The notes under the pieces are model-generated. The model made no database searches. It was not told the DNA's origin and was given only the letters and a program-made list of their open reading frames with translations. Both the position numbers and the translations under genes were made by a program. Shown here piece by piece: positions 42,887 through 53,600 of a stretch of 64,000 bases of DNA (position 1 is the first letter of the stretch; every line of letters begins with the position of its first letter). This stretch comes from Eledone cirrhosa (lineage: Eukaryota), in the NCBI GenBank assembly GCA_964016885.1, contig OZ024741.1, positions 411,370,001-411,434,000 on the forward strand. The letters run 5' to 3'.

Positions 42887-45800
42887 ACAACAATACAATA
42901 AAAACCCAAGGGCCTAACTTCACCCAGGCAGGGGATTTCCCCCACCTCAAAATGATTAAGGCCCCACAGGACACTTATAAAGCTTTAAAAAACAACTTTA
43001 AAGAGGACGTGGGTTCCCCCTGCGTCGGGCCCATTAACCGCGTCCTTCTAAAAAACTACCCCACCCCCTCCCCAAACACCCACACAACTCCAAACACCCC
43101 AACCACACAACACATTGATGCCCCTACACTTTCACAAACCACCACCCCACCCAACAACCCATCCCCCACCCTAATGGAAATTGTGCAGCCCGATACTCGG
43201 GACGCAGAGAGGTAAGTGCTTTTTCTCTTCACCACCAACATGGCTATGCTAAGAGTAGGCTGTTTAAATGCGCGTGGCCTGGGCTCAACTTGGAAGCAAG
43301 CAATGCTTCTAAATGACCTCAGGTCACAATGTATGGATGTGATGGTTATTTGCGAGGCCCGGATCAGCAACGTGCGACAGCTGGCCCCCACCTTTGATGA
43401 CTTTGAGATGCACGCATCTCTCTGTCAGCCCGGAGGTGGGTTGTCGTTCTGCTGCAAAAACATCTGGGTCTCGCAACACAGATGGTACATTTGGACCCGG
43501 AGGGTCGACTAGTGGTTCTGGACCTTGGCAGTGGTGAAGGCGGAGCGTTTAGGTTGGTAGCCGCCTACGGCCTTTTCGGGTCAATGTGGCCGGACTTTTC
43601 TAGGGATGTCCCGCTCCTTGCTATTAGTGGAGGACTGGAATGGTATCCTAGATGCACGCTGGGACTACGTAGGGGCCTGCTCCGATAGAGAGGGGTGTAA
43701 TAGCCTCAAAGGGTTAATCGGTCGATTTGATCTGGCCGATAGATATCGACTAGATTTTCTGACTGCGCCAACCTGGACTTGGGCAAATCGTAGCGGATCA
43801 TCTAGGTCGTACCTAGATAGGTTCTTAGTTAGAAATAAGGATAGGGACTTTTTAAGTTGTCCAAAAATGCGCATGGTTGACTATTCAGACCACAAGTTAG
43901 TGACCTGCATGGTCAACCTTGACAGAACTCATAGACAGGGACTGGAAGCTCAACTTGTCCTTACCGGCAAGTAAGGTTTACGGGACCAGATTAGCACTTT
44001 AGTTAAGGAGTGGTTGACGGGTGCCATCGTCAACAGCAGGTGGTGGGGATCTCTCAAAAGAGAGATTAGAGAAGTCTCTATAGAATTTAGTAAGGAGTTA
44101 GCCTCAAATAGAAATAGGAAGGAAAGAGAGTTGGTAGATAGTGTAGAAGCGGCAATTAGAAGCGGCGACGTGGCCAGTTCTTCGACGCGAAACACGAAGG
44201 CTGCATCGTCAGAAGCAAAATACGTGCTCTGGGAAACGAGGGGACCAAAGCTGTTAGCTGGGCCCGCGTGACAGAAGCCAAAAGAGGGAGCAGATCCACT
44301 ATCCGGGCTTTGCGAGACAAGGATAGACGGGTGATCCTTGAACCTAAGCAGATGTGCGAGGCTTTTCAAAAGCACTTTGCCGGATTGTTCGGAAGGGGCG
44401 GGGAGCCGGTTGGGGATGTGGACTTCGGTCCATACCTCGACAGCCTGCCGCGTCTCTCGGACAGGGAGGCGAAGTCCTGCGAGGAGCCGATTTCAGCCGC
44501 TGAGATAGAGGACGTGCTGAGCCAATGCGGCAAACGCAAATCCCCGGGTCTCAATGGTCTTCCATATGAACTATATCTAGCTATGCCGGACTTGTTCCCC
44601 GATCTCCTCGAGGCGGTCTACTGCAACAGGCGACAGAACGGGAGAATTCCCTGTGCTGTGACCAAGGGCGTAGTCACGCTAGTGAGGAAGGACGAGAACA
44701 AGGGGGACGATATAAATAATTTCAGGCCCATAACTCTGCTAAATAAAGAGTTACAGATTTTGGCCAAGGTGCTAGCAAAGAGGTTTGCGCTTGTCATGGG
44801 CAACCTGGTGGGAGATGCGCGGACATGTGCTATCCCGTCCAGGTCCATCCACGACAACCTCCACCTCATGCGATACATCATAGAGAGGGTTTGGAACGAA
44901 CCCGGCTTTGGTGGGGCCCTGATCAACTTGGATCAATCGAAGGCATTTGATAGGGTCGACCATGGTTACCTGGATGTGGTGCTAGCGGCGCAGGCTTCGG
45001 ACCAGTATGACGTAACAGTAATGGTGTCGACGGCCTCGGAAATCGGGGCGATCGGCACCTTAGAGTACGAATGGTTTACAGAGGCTAAGCTGAACCGGGA
45101 CAAGTCGATCGGTCTGCAACTCGGCACGTGGAGGGGCAGATCGATGCCCTCCGATGGCGTCGTCGAGCGCTGGACGGTGGGCCCGATGAAGTTGCTCGGA
45201 GTCTGGTTTGGACCAGACCTCCAGGTGGAGAAGAACTGGGGTGAGGTAATGAATAGGGTGTTTGCACTGACCCAGAAGTGGTCCGAGTGCAAACTGTCCC
45301 TGAAAGGTCGGGCGGAGGTGGCGAACACTTATATAGCGTCCGTCATCTACTACCGCCTGACCGTTGTGCCTTGCCCAAGGGAAACGCTCGCCAAAATGGA
45401 GCGCACACTCTTTCAATTCCTTTGGAAGAAGCAGGTTCCTATGGTGAGGAGATCCATCTGTTGTCAACACCCTTCTAAAGGGCTGGGGATGCCGTGGCTA
45501 ATGATACGTAAACACGCATTAAGGCTACGGCACCTCCAGGTATTCCTCACCGGTCAACCGGTGTGGGCCCCGTTTGTGAGGCGAGCCTTTCCCAGACTCG
45601 TCTCACTCACCGAGCTGCAATCCTGGGTCAAGCAAAGACCGAGAAAACTGGGCGCCTGGCACACCGAGTGTGCCCAGACGCTCACGGCTCTCTGGCAGGC
45701 GGACCCGGCTGTCAGTGGAGAATCCACCTCGTCATTCTATAGAGGGCTGGTGGTTAGCAGGTGCGACGACGCCCTCGGAGAAGCCCTAGACATGGAGGAA

Positions 45801-46610
45801 GACGAACTGGCCAACCTGTTCGGTAGGACATTCAGCCCGGGACCTATGGATAACTTCCAGAGGTCCCTGATCTGGCAGTGCTACCGAGGGGCTCTGCCCA
45901 TTCGAGAAAGGCTCTACAGACACGGGCGCCCAGGTAGGGACCCCTCGAAAAAGATCTGTCCCAGATGCGTGTGCGATGAGGGAACCGTTGCACACGCATT
46001 GGTACAGTGCTCGGGCACTGCCGATCTGTGGGGCTATGTCGAACAACTGCTGTCAAGGGTGGGACCGATCCGGTTGACCACCGAGTCTATTGTAACGATC
46101 AAGCCGCCTCCCCTCTTCAAAAACGAAGGAGAGGCGGTGTTTCTGTGCGTAATAGCCATGGCGAAAGAGGTTGTATGGTGGACGCGTCTGAAAGGACTGA
46201 GGTCAGACACCTTTCTCTCTGGCCAACAACTGGTCTGTTTTTTCCGATATCATTTCGGAAGAAGGATCACCCCAGCCGTTTTTATGAAACATGGATGAAA
46301 GTGGCGAGAATGGCCCGTGTGAATGGGCCTTCACTCTACATCAGACTATAGGTGAGGAAGATGAAAGACCAAGGGAGCACCCCCTCTCTGTGCTCCTGAG
46401 GAGGAGGGCTGCACACTTTTTTCGCCCCCCCCCCCCCCCAAGGCGCCTTCTCCCTATTGAGGATTTTGTTATAAAATTTATTTTGTTATATTTTATTTTA
46501 TTTTTATATTTTGTTATTGCCTCCTCCTTATTGAGGACGCCTTGTTATTTAAACTCCCCCCATTGTACTTGTCCCACTTTTTGATGCCCTGGTGGCAAAT
46601 AAAAAGAAAA
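42887..46610 (+). mobile_element. Tx1/L1-clade copy 3 (subfamily A), 5'-truncated, with many internal deletions
   Basis: Near-identical to copy 1 from about 32994. About 230 bp of RT core (QGCPLS-YADD) is deleted at 45005. Ends GTGGCAAATAAAAAGAAAA then TTATCTATCTA. Confidence 0.93.
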
Positions 46611-46628
46611 TTATCTATCTATAGTTAA

Positions 46629-47088
46629 TTTCCTATGTGTTATGGCTATGGTGAAAGAGGTTATATGGTGGACGAGGTTAAAAGGGCTGAGGTCAGACAC
46701 CTTTCTCTCGGGCGAGCAACTGATTCGTTTTTTCAAATATCATTTTAGAAGAAGAATCAGGATGGAGAGAGAGGTGCTGTACCCCAGCAAATATTATAAA
46801 AGGTGGGTGAATGTGGCAAAGATGGCCCGAGTGATTGGGCCTTCTCTCTATATAAGCCTGTAGGTTGAGGAAAAAGAGGAAGGGAGTACTCACTCTTGGT
46901 GCTCCTGGAGATGAGGGTTGTACATTTTTTCGGGGTGTGTACAACCCCTGTGTAACACCTCCCCCCTATTGGGGATTTCAATTGTTATTTGTTATTGTAT
47001 TAATAGTTTTATTTTCATATACCTGTATGTAAACTCCCCATTTGTATTTGAACCCTTCTTTTATGCCCTTGTGGCTAATAAAGAAATT
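46629..47088 (+). mobile_element. Tx1/L1-clade copy 4, heavily 5'-truncated (460 bp; last ORF2 codons plus 3'UTR), closest to subfamily B
   Basis: MAMVKEVIWWTRLKG...PSLYISL*, 3' end GTGGCTAATAAAGAAA, and a 13-bp TSD TATCTATAGTTAA at 46616-46628 and 47089-47101. Confidence 0.92.
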
Positions 47089-47095
47089 TATCTAT

Positions 47096-49004
47096 AGTTA
47101 AAGATTTTGGCCAAGGTGTTAGTAGCGTGGCTGGCGCTTGTCGTTGAGAATCTGGTAGGGGAAGCGCAAACGCGTGCGATCCCGACCAAGTCCATACACG
47201 ACAACCTCCACCCCATGCGATACATCATAGAGAGGGTAGGGTGTAAACCTGGCTTCGGTCTCGTCTTCAGAGGCTGGATCGCTGGCATGCACAGCAACAT
47301 CTTCTCGGCAGTCAAGGTGAATGGCTACCTATCAGAACCATTCCAAATCATGCGTTCCATCTGTCAGGGATGCCATCTCTCCTCCATTCTGTATGTACTG
47401 ACTGTCGAGCCATTACTGCGGAAGTTGGAGCTATTGCAGGGCATCCCGATTGAACCAGGACTGCAGAAAGCAGCGTCGGCCTATGCCGACGACATAACCG
47501 TAATGGTGTCGAAAACCTCGGACATCGGGGTAATCGGCAACCTATTACAGGAATACAAAACGTTGACAGGAGCAACACTCGGCACATGGAGAGGCAAAGC
47601 CATGCCTTCCGACAGTGTCGTTGGACGCTGAACGGAAGGACCGGTGAAATTGATCAGAGTCTGGTTTGGTCCAGACCTCCAGGTGGACAAGAACTGGTAC
47701 GAGGTCACGGCAAAGGTGTTTGCACTCACCCAGAAGTGGGCTGAGTGCAAACTCTCCTTGAAAGGTCGAGCAGAGGTGGCAAACACTTACATAGTGTCCG
47801 TCATCTACTACCGCTTGACAGTCGAGCCTTGTCCCCACGAATACCTAACCAAAATGGAACGCCCACTCTTCAAGTTCCTCTGGAAGAAACAGGCTCCATT
47901 GGTGAGGAGATCCATCTGCTGTCAACACCCTTCTAACGGAGGGCTGGGCATGCCGTGGCTGATGATGCGCATACACGCGCTGAGGCTACGTCATCTCAGG
48001 GTGGTTCCTGACCTGCGAACCGGCGTGGCTGTCGTTTGTGAGATGAGCTCTTCCACAACTCGTCTCACTAACAGAGCTGCAGTCCTGGGTCAAGCGAAGA
48101 CCGAAAATGGGCGCCTGGCACCTCGAGTGCTTTCAGGCACTCACAACCCTCTACCAAGCGGAAATCGCAATCAGCGGAGACTCCACTTCGACATTCTATA
48201 AGAGATTAGTGGAGGATAAGTGCGACAACGTTCTCGGGGAAACTCTAGGCATTGAGGAAGACGAACTCACCAGGGCCTATGGATAACTTCCAGAAGTCTC
48301 TGGCCTGGCAGTCCTACCGAGGAGCTCTACCAGTTCGAGACAAAATCTATAGGCACGGACGCCCTGGCAGAGATCCTGCCAAAAGGACCTGTCCAAGATG
48401 CGAGCAGGACATCGAAACCGTTCTGCACACAATTGTTCAGTGCCAGGGGTGACCGACCTGTGGAATTATGTCGAACAGCTACTGTCACAATGAAGGAGAG
48501 GCGGTCTTCCTCTGCCTGGTGGCTATGGCGAAAGAGGTAATATGGTGGACGAGGTTAAAAGGACTGAAGGCAAGCACCCTTCTCTCCGGACAACAACTCA
48601 TCCCCTTCTTTAAGTACCACTTCAGAAGGAAGGTAAAAGTGGAGAGAGAGGTGTTACACTCCAGTAAATTCACTGAGCGGTGGGCGAATGTGGCGAAAAT
48701 TGATCGGGTGAATGGGCCTTCTCTGTATATAAACCTGTAGGTTGAGGAAGATAAACAGAGGGAAGACGGGAACACCTACAAAACATGTTCCTGGTGTTGA
48801 GGGTTGTTCTATCCATGGGGTGTAAAACAACCCCGCAGTAGCGTTACCCCCCCCCCCCCCCCGATGGGGATTTCAATTGTTTTATTTTTATATAGTTTAT
48901 TGTTATTTTTCATTGTTAAAGATTTTATGTAAAACCCCCGCCGTCACGTCTTGTAATGTTCCATTTTTGTATGGGACGTACAAAAATGTGGCAAATAAAG
49001 AAAG
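47096..49004 (+). mobile_element. Tx1/L1-clade copy 5 (subfamily C), truncated within RT, most diverged
   Basis: ILAKVL, CQGCHLS, AYADD and CPRC-x-ETVLHTIVQC, with several deletions and stops. Ends GTGGCAAATAAAGAAAG then ATATCTATCTATCTAT. Confidence 0.9.
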
Positions 49005-49120
49005 ATATCTATCTATCTATTTACTTATTCTGGTTATGGAAGGTCTTTGAAGGCCATAGGCATTGATCCTTCTTCTAGTAACATCCTTGATATCGGAGTA
49101 TCTGTGTTGGACATGGATTC

Positions 49121-49246
49121 TGCTCCTTCCTCCAGTGGTCACAGAGGACCAGTGAAGGCCATGGGCACTCTCCTTCCTCCAGTGGTCACAGAGGACCTGT
49201 GAGGACCTGTGAGGACCTGTGAAGGCCATGGACACTGCTCCTTCCT
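49121..49246. repeat. Short local direct repeats (about 45-bp unit with internal GAGGACCTGT x3)
   Basis: CTCCTTCCTCCAGTGGTCACAGAGGACC occurs twice and GAGGACCTGT three times. Confidence 0.7.
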
Positions 49247-49574
49247 CAAGACCTAGCAAATGGCATTTCTGGTTACAGAATTCCAAAAAGTCAATCACTG
49301 CTTCACAGCATTTAACTGACTTTCTCATTATTAAGCTGGTGTTTGGAACATAGCTTAACAAAGGTTCTTACACAGAATTATGATGAAAGGATTTTAGAAT
49401 CAATACACTGCATATATGGCTGTAAAATGTTGACGCCAAAAGACCCCATTGTGAATATGAAGCCTGTTATGGGCCCTGCAAAACTAACCCTCACTAACCC
49501 AGCAAGGAAAATGGCCTTAAAAAGCTTGTTTTGTGTAGTAACCCTGTGTGTATTTTTTTTTAGAATAAGTACAA

Positions 49575-50062
49575 TGTGTGTATCTGGTTTACAATAGGTA
49601 CACTATATCCCTGGGTATATCTGGTTTACAATAGGTACACTGTATCCCTGTGTATATCTGGTTTAGAGTAGGTACACTGTATCCCTGTGTATATCTCGTT
49701 TACAATAGGTACACTGTATCCCTGTGTGTATCTGGTTTACAATAGGTACACTGTATCCCTGTGTATACCTGGTTTACAATAGGTACATTGTATCCCTGGG
49801 TATATCTGGTTTATAATAGGTACACTATCCCTGTGTATATCTGGTTTACAATAGGTACACTGTATCCCTGTGTTTACCTGGTTTACAATAGGTACACTGT
49901 ATCCCTGTGTGTATCTGGTTTACAATAGGTACACTGTATCCCTGTGTATATCTGGTTTACAATAGGTACACTGTATCCCAGTGTATATCTGGTTTACAAT
50001 AGGTACACTGTATCCCTGTGTATATCTGGTTTACAATAGGTACACCATATCCCTGTGTGTCT
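49575..50062. repeat. 37-bp minisatellite (about 13 copies)
   Basis: Unit GTATCCCTGTGTATATCTGGTTTACAATAGGTACACT. Confidence 0.95.
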
Positions 50063-50596
50063 GGACACTCTAATGAGTGTGAAGTCTGTCATGGGGCCTG
50101 AAAAACCCCTTTAAGAGGGGAAAATAATCTTAAACCACTTGTTGATTCTTAACTTTCATCATTTAAAAATTATTTTTATTTGGTAAACATTTTTTTTCTT
50201 TTGGGATGTGGGTGGGTGGGGGTGATTTCAATTTAACTGTAAAAGATATTTAGAAACATAATTTATATAAATAATGATGGGCTCATGCATGAAAATGCTA
50301 TAAAATAGCCTACAAAACAGGATAAAGGCCCTTACAGATGGAAAAAGATGTTGCCATTGGCTACTAAGGAAACTTCTTTTTCCATCTTTAAGGGTATTCA
50401 CCTTGTTTTGTAGGTTCTTTTATAGCCTCACTATAAATAAGCACATCATTCTTTATATTAACTTTGTTCCCTCAGCACTTCGAAAGGGCCCGAGAGATTA
50501 GCTTTGTGTATATAATGTTTGTTAATTTATATAATCTATTGTTATTTTATCATTTTAGATGTAAATTTTGCTGTTCCTTTAACAAATGTTATACAG

Positions 50597-50623
50597 AACT
50601 CTGCTAGCTCCAGAACAAAACAG
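50597..50623 (+). CDS. Putative host-gene micro-exon B (27 nt, phase 0-0): NSASSRTKQ
   Basis: Acceptor TTCCTTTAACAAATGTTATACAG| and donor CAG|GTAACA. Bridges exons A and C in frame. An alternative acceptor at 50558 (65 nt, phase 1) is also possible. Confidence 0.45.
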
Positions 50624-50687
50624 GTAACATTATTCATTCTACATCACAAAATTAAAGTATTATTTATTTAAAACCTCCTCATATTGA

Positions 50688-53600
50688 ATGGCCAGAAGCC
50701 AGCCCTACTACACTGGTCAGTGGTCTCAAGCCAGCCCTACTACACTGGTAAATGCCCTCAGCGCCAGCCTTACTAAACGTGGTCAGTGGCCAGAAGCCAG
50801 CCCTACTAAACTGGTCAGTGCCCTCAGGCCAGCCCTACTACATTGATAAATGCCCTCAAGCCAGCCCTACTAAACATGGTCAGTGGCCAGAAGCCAGCCC
50901 TACTAAACTGGTCAATGGTCTCAAGCCAGCCCTACTACACTGGTCAATGTCCTCAAGCCAGCCCTACTAAACATGGTCAGTGGCAAGAAGCCAGCCCTAC
51001 TACGCTGGTCAATGTCCTCAAGCCAGCCCTACTAAACATGGTCAGTGACCAGAAGCCAGCCCTACTAAACTGGTCAATGTCCTCAAGCCAGCCCTACTAA
51101 ACATGGTCAGTGGCAAGAAGCCAGCCCTACTACGCTGGTCAATGTCATCAAGCCAGCTCTACTAAACATGGTCAGTGGCCAGAAGCCAGCCATACTAAAA
51201 TGGTCAATGGTCTCAAGCCAGCCCTACTAAACATGGTCAGTAGCCAGAAGCCAGCCCCACTACACTGGTCAATGGTCTCAAGCCATCCTTACTAAACATG
51301 GTCAGTGGCCAGAAGCCAGCCCTACTAAACTGGTCAATGTCCTCAAGCCAGCCCTACTAAACATGGTCAGTGGCCAGAAACCAGCCCTACTAAACTGGTC
51401 AATGATCTCATGCCAGCCCTACTAAACATGGTCAGTGGCCAGAAGCCAGCCCTACTAAACTGGTCAATGATCTCATGCCAGCCCTACTAAACATGGTAGG
51501 TAGCCAGAAGCCAGCCCCACTACACTGGTCAATGTCCTCAAGCCATACCTACTAAAAATGGTCAGTGGCCAGAAGCCAGCCCCACTACACTGGTTAATGT
51601 CCTCAAGCCAGCCCTACTAAACATGCTCAGTGGCAAGATGCCAGCCCTACTACACTGGTCAATGTCCTCAAGCCAGCCCTACTAAACATGGTCAGTGGCC
51701 AGAAGCCAGGCCTACTACACTGGTCAATGTCTTCAAGCCACCCCTACTAAACATGGTCAGTGGCCAGAAGCCAGCCCTACTAAACTGGTCAATGTCCTCA
51801 AGCCAGCCCTACTAAACATGCTCAGTGGCAAGATGCCAGCCCTACTACACTGGTCAATGTCCTCAAGCCAGCCCTACTAAACATGGTCAGTGGCAAGAAG
51901 CCAGCCCTACTACACTGGTCAATGTCCTCAACGATCCCTACTAACATGGTCAGTGGCCAGAAGCCAGCCCTACTAAACTGGTCAATGTCCTCAAGCCAGC
52001 CCTACTAAACATGGTCAGTGGCAAGAAGCCAGCCCTACTACACTGGTCAATGTCCTCAACGATCCCTACTAACATGGTCAGTGGCCAGAAGCCAGCCCTA
52101 CTAAACTGGTCAATGTCCTCAAGCCAGCCCTACTAAACATGGTCAGTGGCCAGAAGCCAGCCCTACTAAACTGGTCAATGTCGTCAAGCCAGCCCTACTA
52201 AACATGGTCAGTGGCCAGAAGACAGTCCTACTAAACTGGTCAATGTCCTAAAGCCAGCCCTACTAAACATGGTCAATGGCCAGAAGCCAGCCCTACTAAA
52301 CTGGTCAATGGTCTCAAGCCAGCCCTACTAAACATGGTCAGAGGCCAGAAGCCAGCCCTACTAAACTGGTCAATGTCATCAAGCCAGCCCTACTAAACAT
52401 GGTCAGTGGCCAGAAGCCAGCCCTACTAAACTGGTCAATGTCGTCAAGCCAACCCTACTAAACAAGGTCAGTGGCCAGAAGCCAGCCCTACTACACTGGT
52501 CAATGTCCTCAAGCCAGCCCTACTAAACATGGTCAGTGGCCAGAAGCCAGCCCCACTACACTGGTCAATGTCCTCAAGCCAGCCCTACTAAACATGGTCA
52601 GTGGCCAGAAGCCAGCCCTACTAAACTGGTTAATGTCCTCAAGCCAGCCCTACTAAACATGGTCAGTGGCCAGAAGTCAGCCCTACTAAACTGGTCAATG
52701 TCCTCAAGCGATCCCTACTAAACATGGTCAGTGGCCAGAAGTCAGCCCTACTAAACTGGTCAATGTCCTCAAGCCAGCCCTACTAAACATGGTCAGTGGC
52801 CAGAGGCCAGCCCTACTAAACTGGTCAATGTCGTCAAGCCAGCCCTACTAAACATGGTCAGTGGCCAGAAGCCAGCCCTACTAAACTGGTCAATGGTCTC
52901 AAGCCAGCTCTACTAAACATGGTCAGTGGCCAGAAGCCAGCCCTACTAAACTGGTCAATGTCCTCAAGCCAGCCCTACTAAACATGGTCAGGGGCCAGAA
53001 GCCAGCCCTACTAAACTGGTCAATGTCATCAAGCCATCCCTAATAAACATGGTCAGTGGCCAGAAGCCAGCCCTACTAAACTGGTCAATGTCCTCAAGCC
53101 AGCCCTACTAAACGTGGTCAGTGGCCAGAAGCCAGCCCTACTAAACTGGTCAATGTCCTCAAGCCAGACCTACTAAACATGGTCAGTAGCCAGAAGCCAG
53201 GCCTACTAAACTGGTCAATGTCCTCAAGCCAGCCCTACTAAACATGGTCAGTGGCCAGAATCCAGCCCTACTAAACTGGTCAATGATCTCAAGCCAGCCC
53301 TAATAAGCATGGTCAGTGGCCAGAAGCCAGCCCTACTAAACTGGTCAATGTCCTCAAGCCAGACCTACTAAACATGGTCAGTAGCCAGAAGCCAGCCCTA
53401 CTAAACTGGTCAATGTCCTCAAGCCAGCCCTACTAAACATGGTCAGTGGCCAGAAGCCAGCCCTACTAAACTGGTGAATATCCTCAAGCCAGCCCTACTA
53501 AACATGGTCAGTGGCCAGAAGCCAGCCCTACTAAATTGGTCAATGTCCTCAAGTCATCCCTACGAAACATGATCAGTGGCCAGAAGCCAGCCCTACTAAA

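Noticed and set aside
32684-48775. Minus-strand and alternative-frame ORFs within the retroelements
   Set aside because: These are shadow ORFs of GC-rich ORF2 or low-complexity ORF1, with no independent motifs.
32527-49004. Telomeric retrotransposon array (HeT-A/TART- or SART/TRAS-like)
   Set aside because: The architecture is similar, but the array is intronic, flanked by unique DNA, and contains no TTAGGG repeats.
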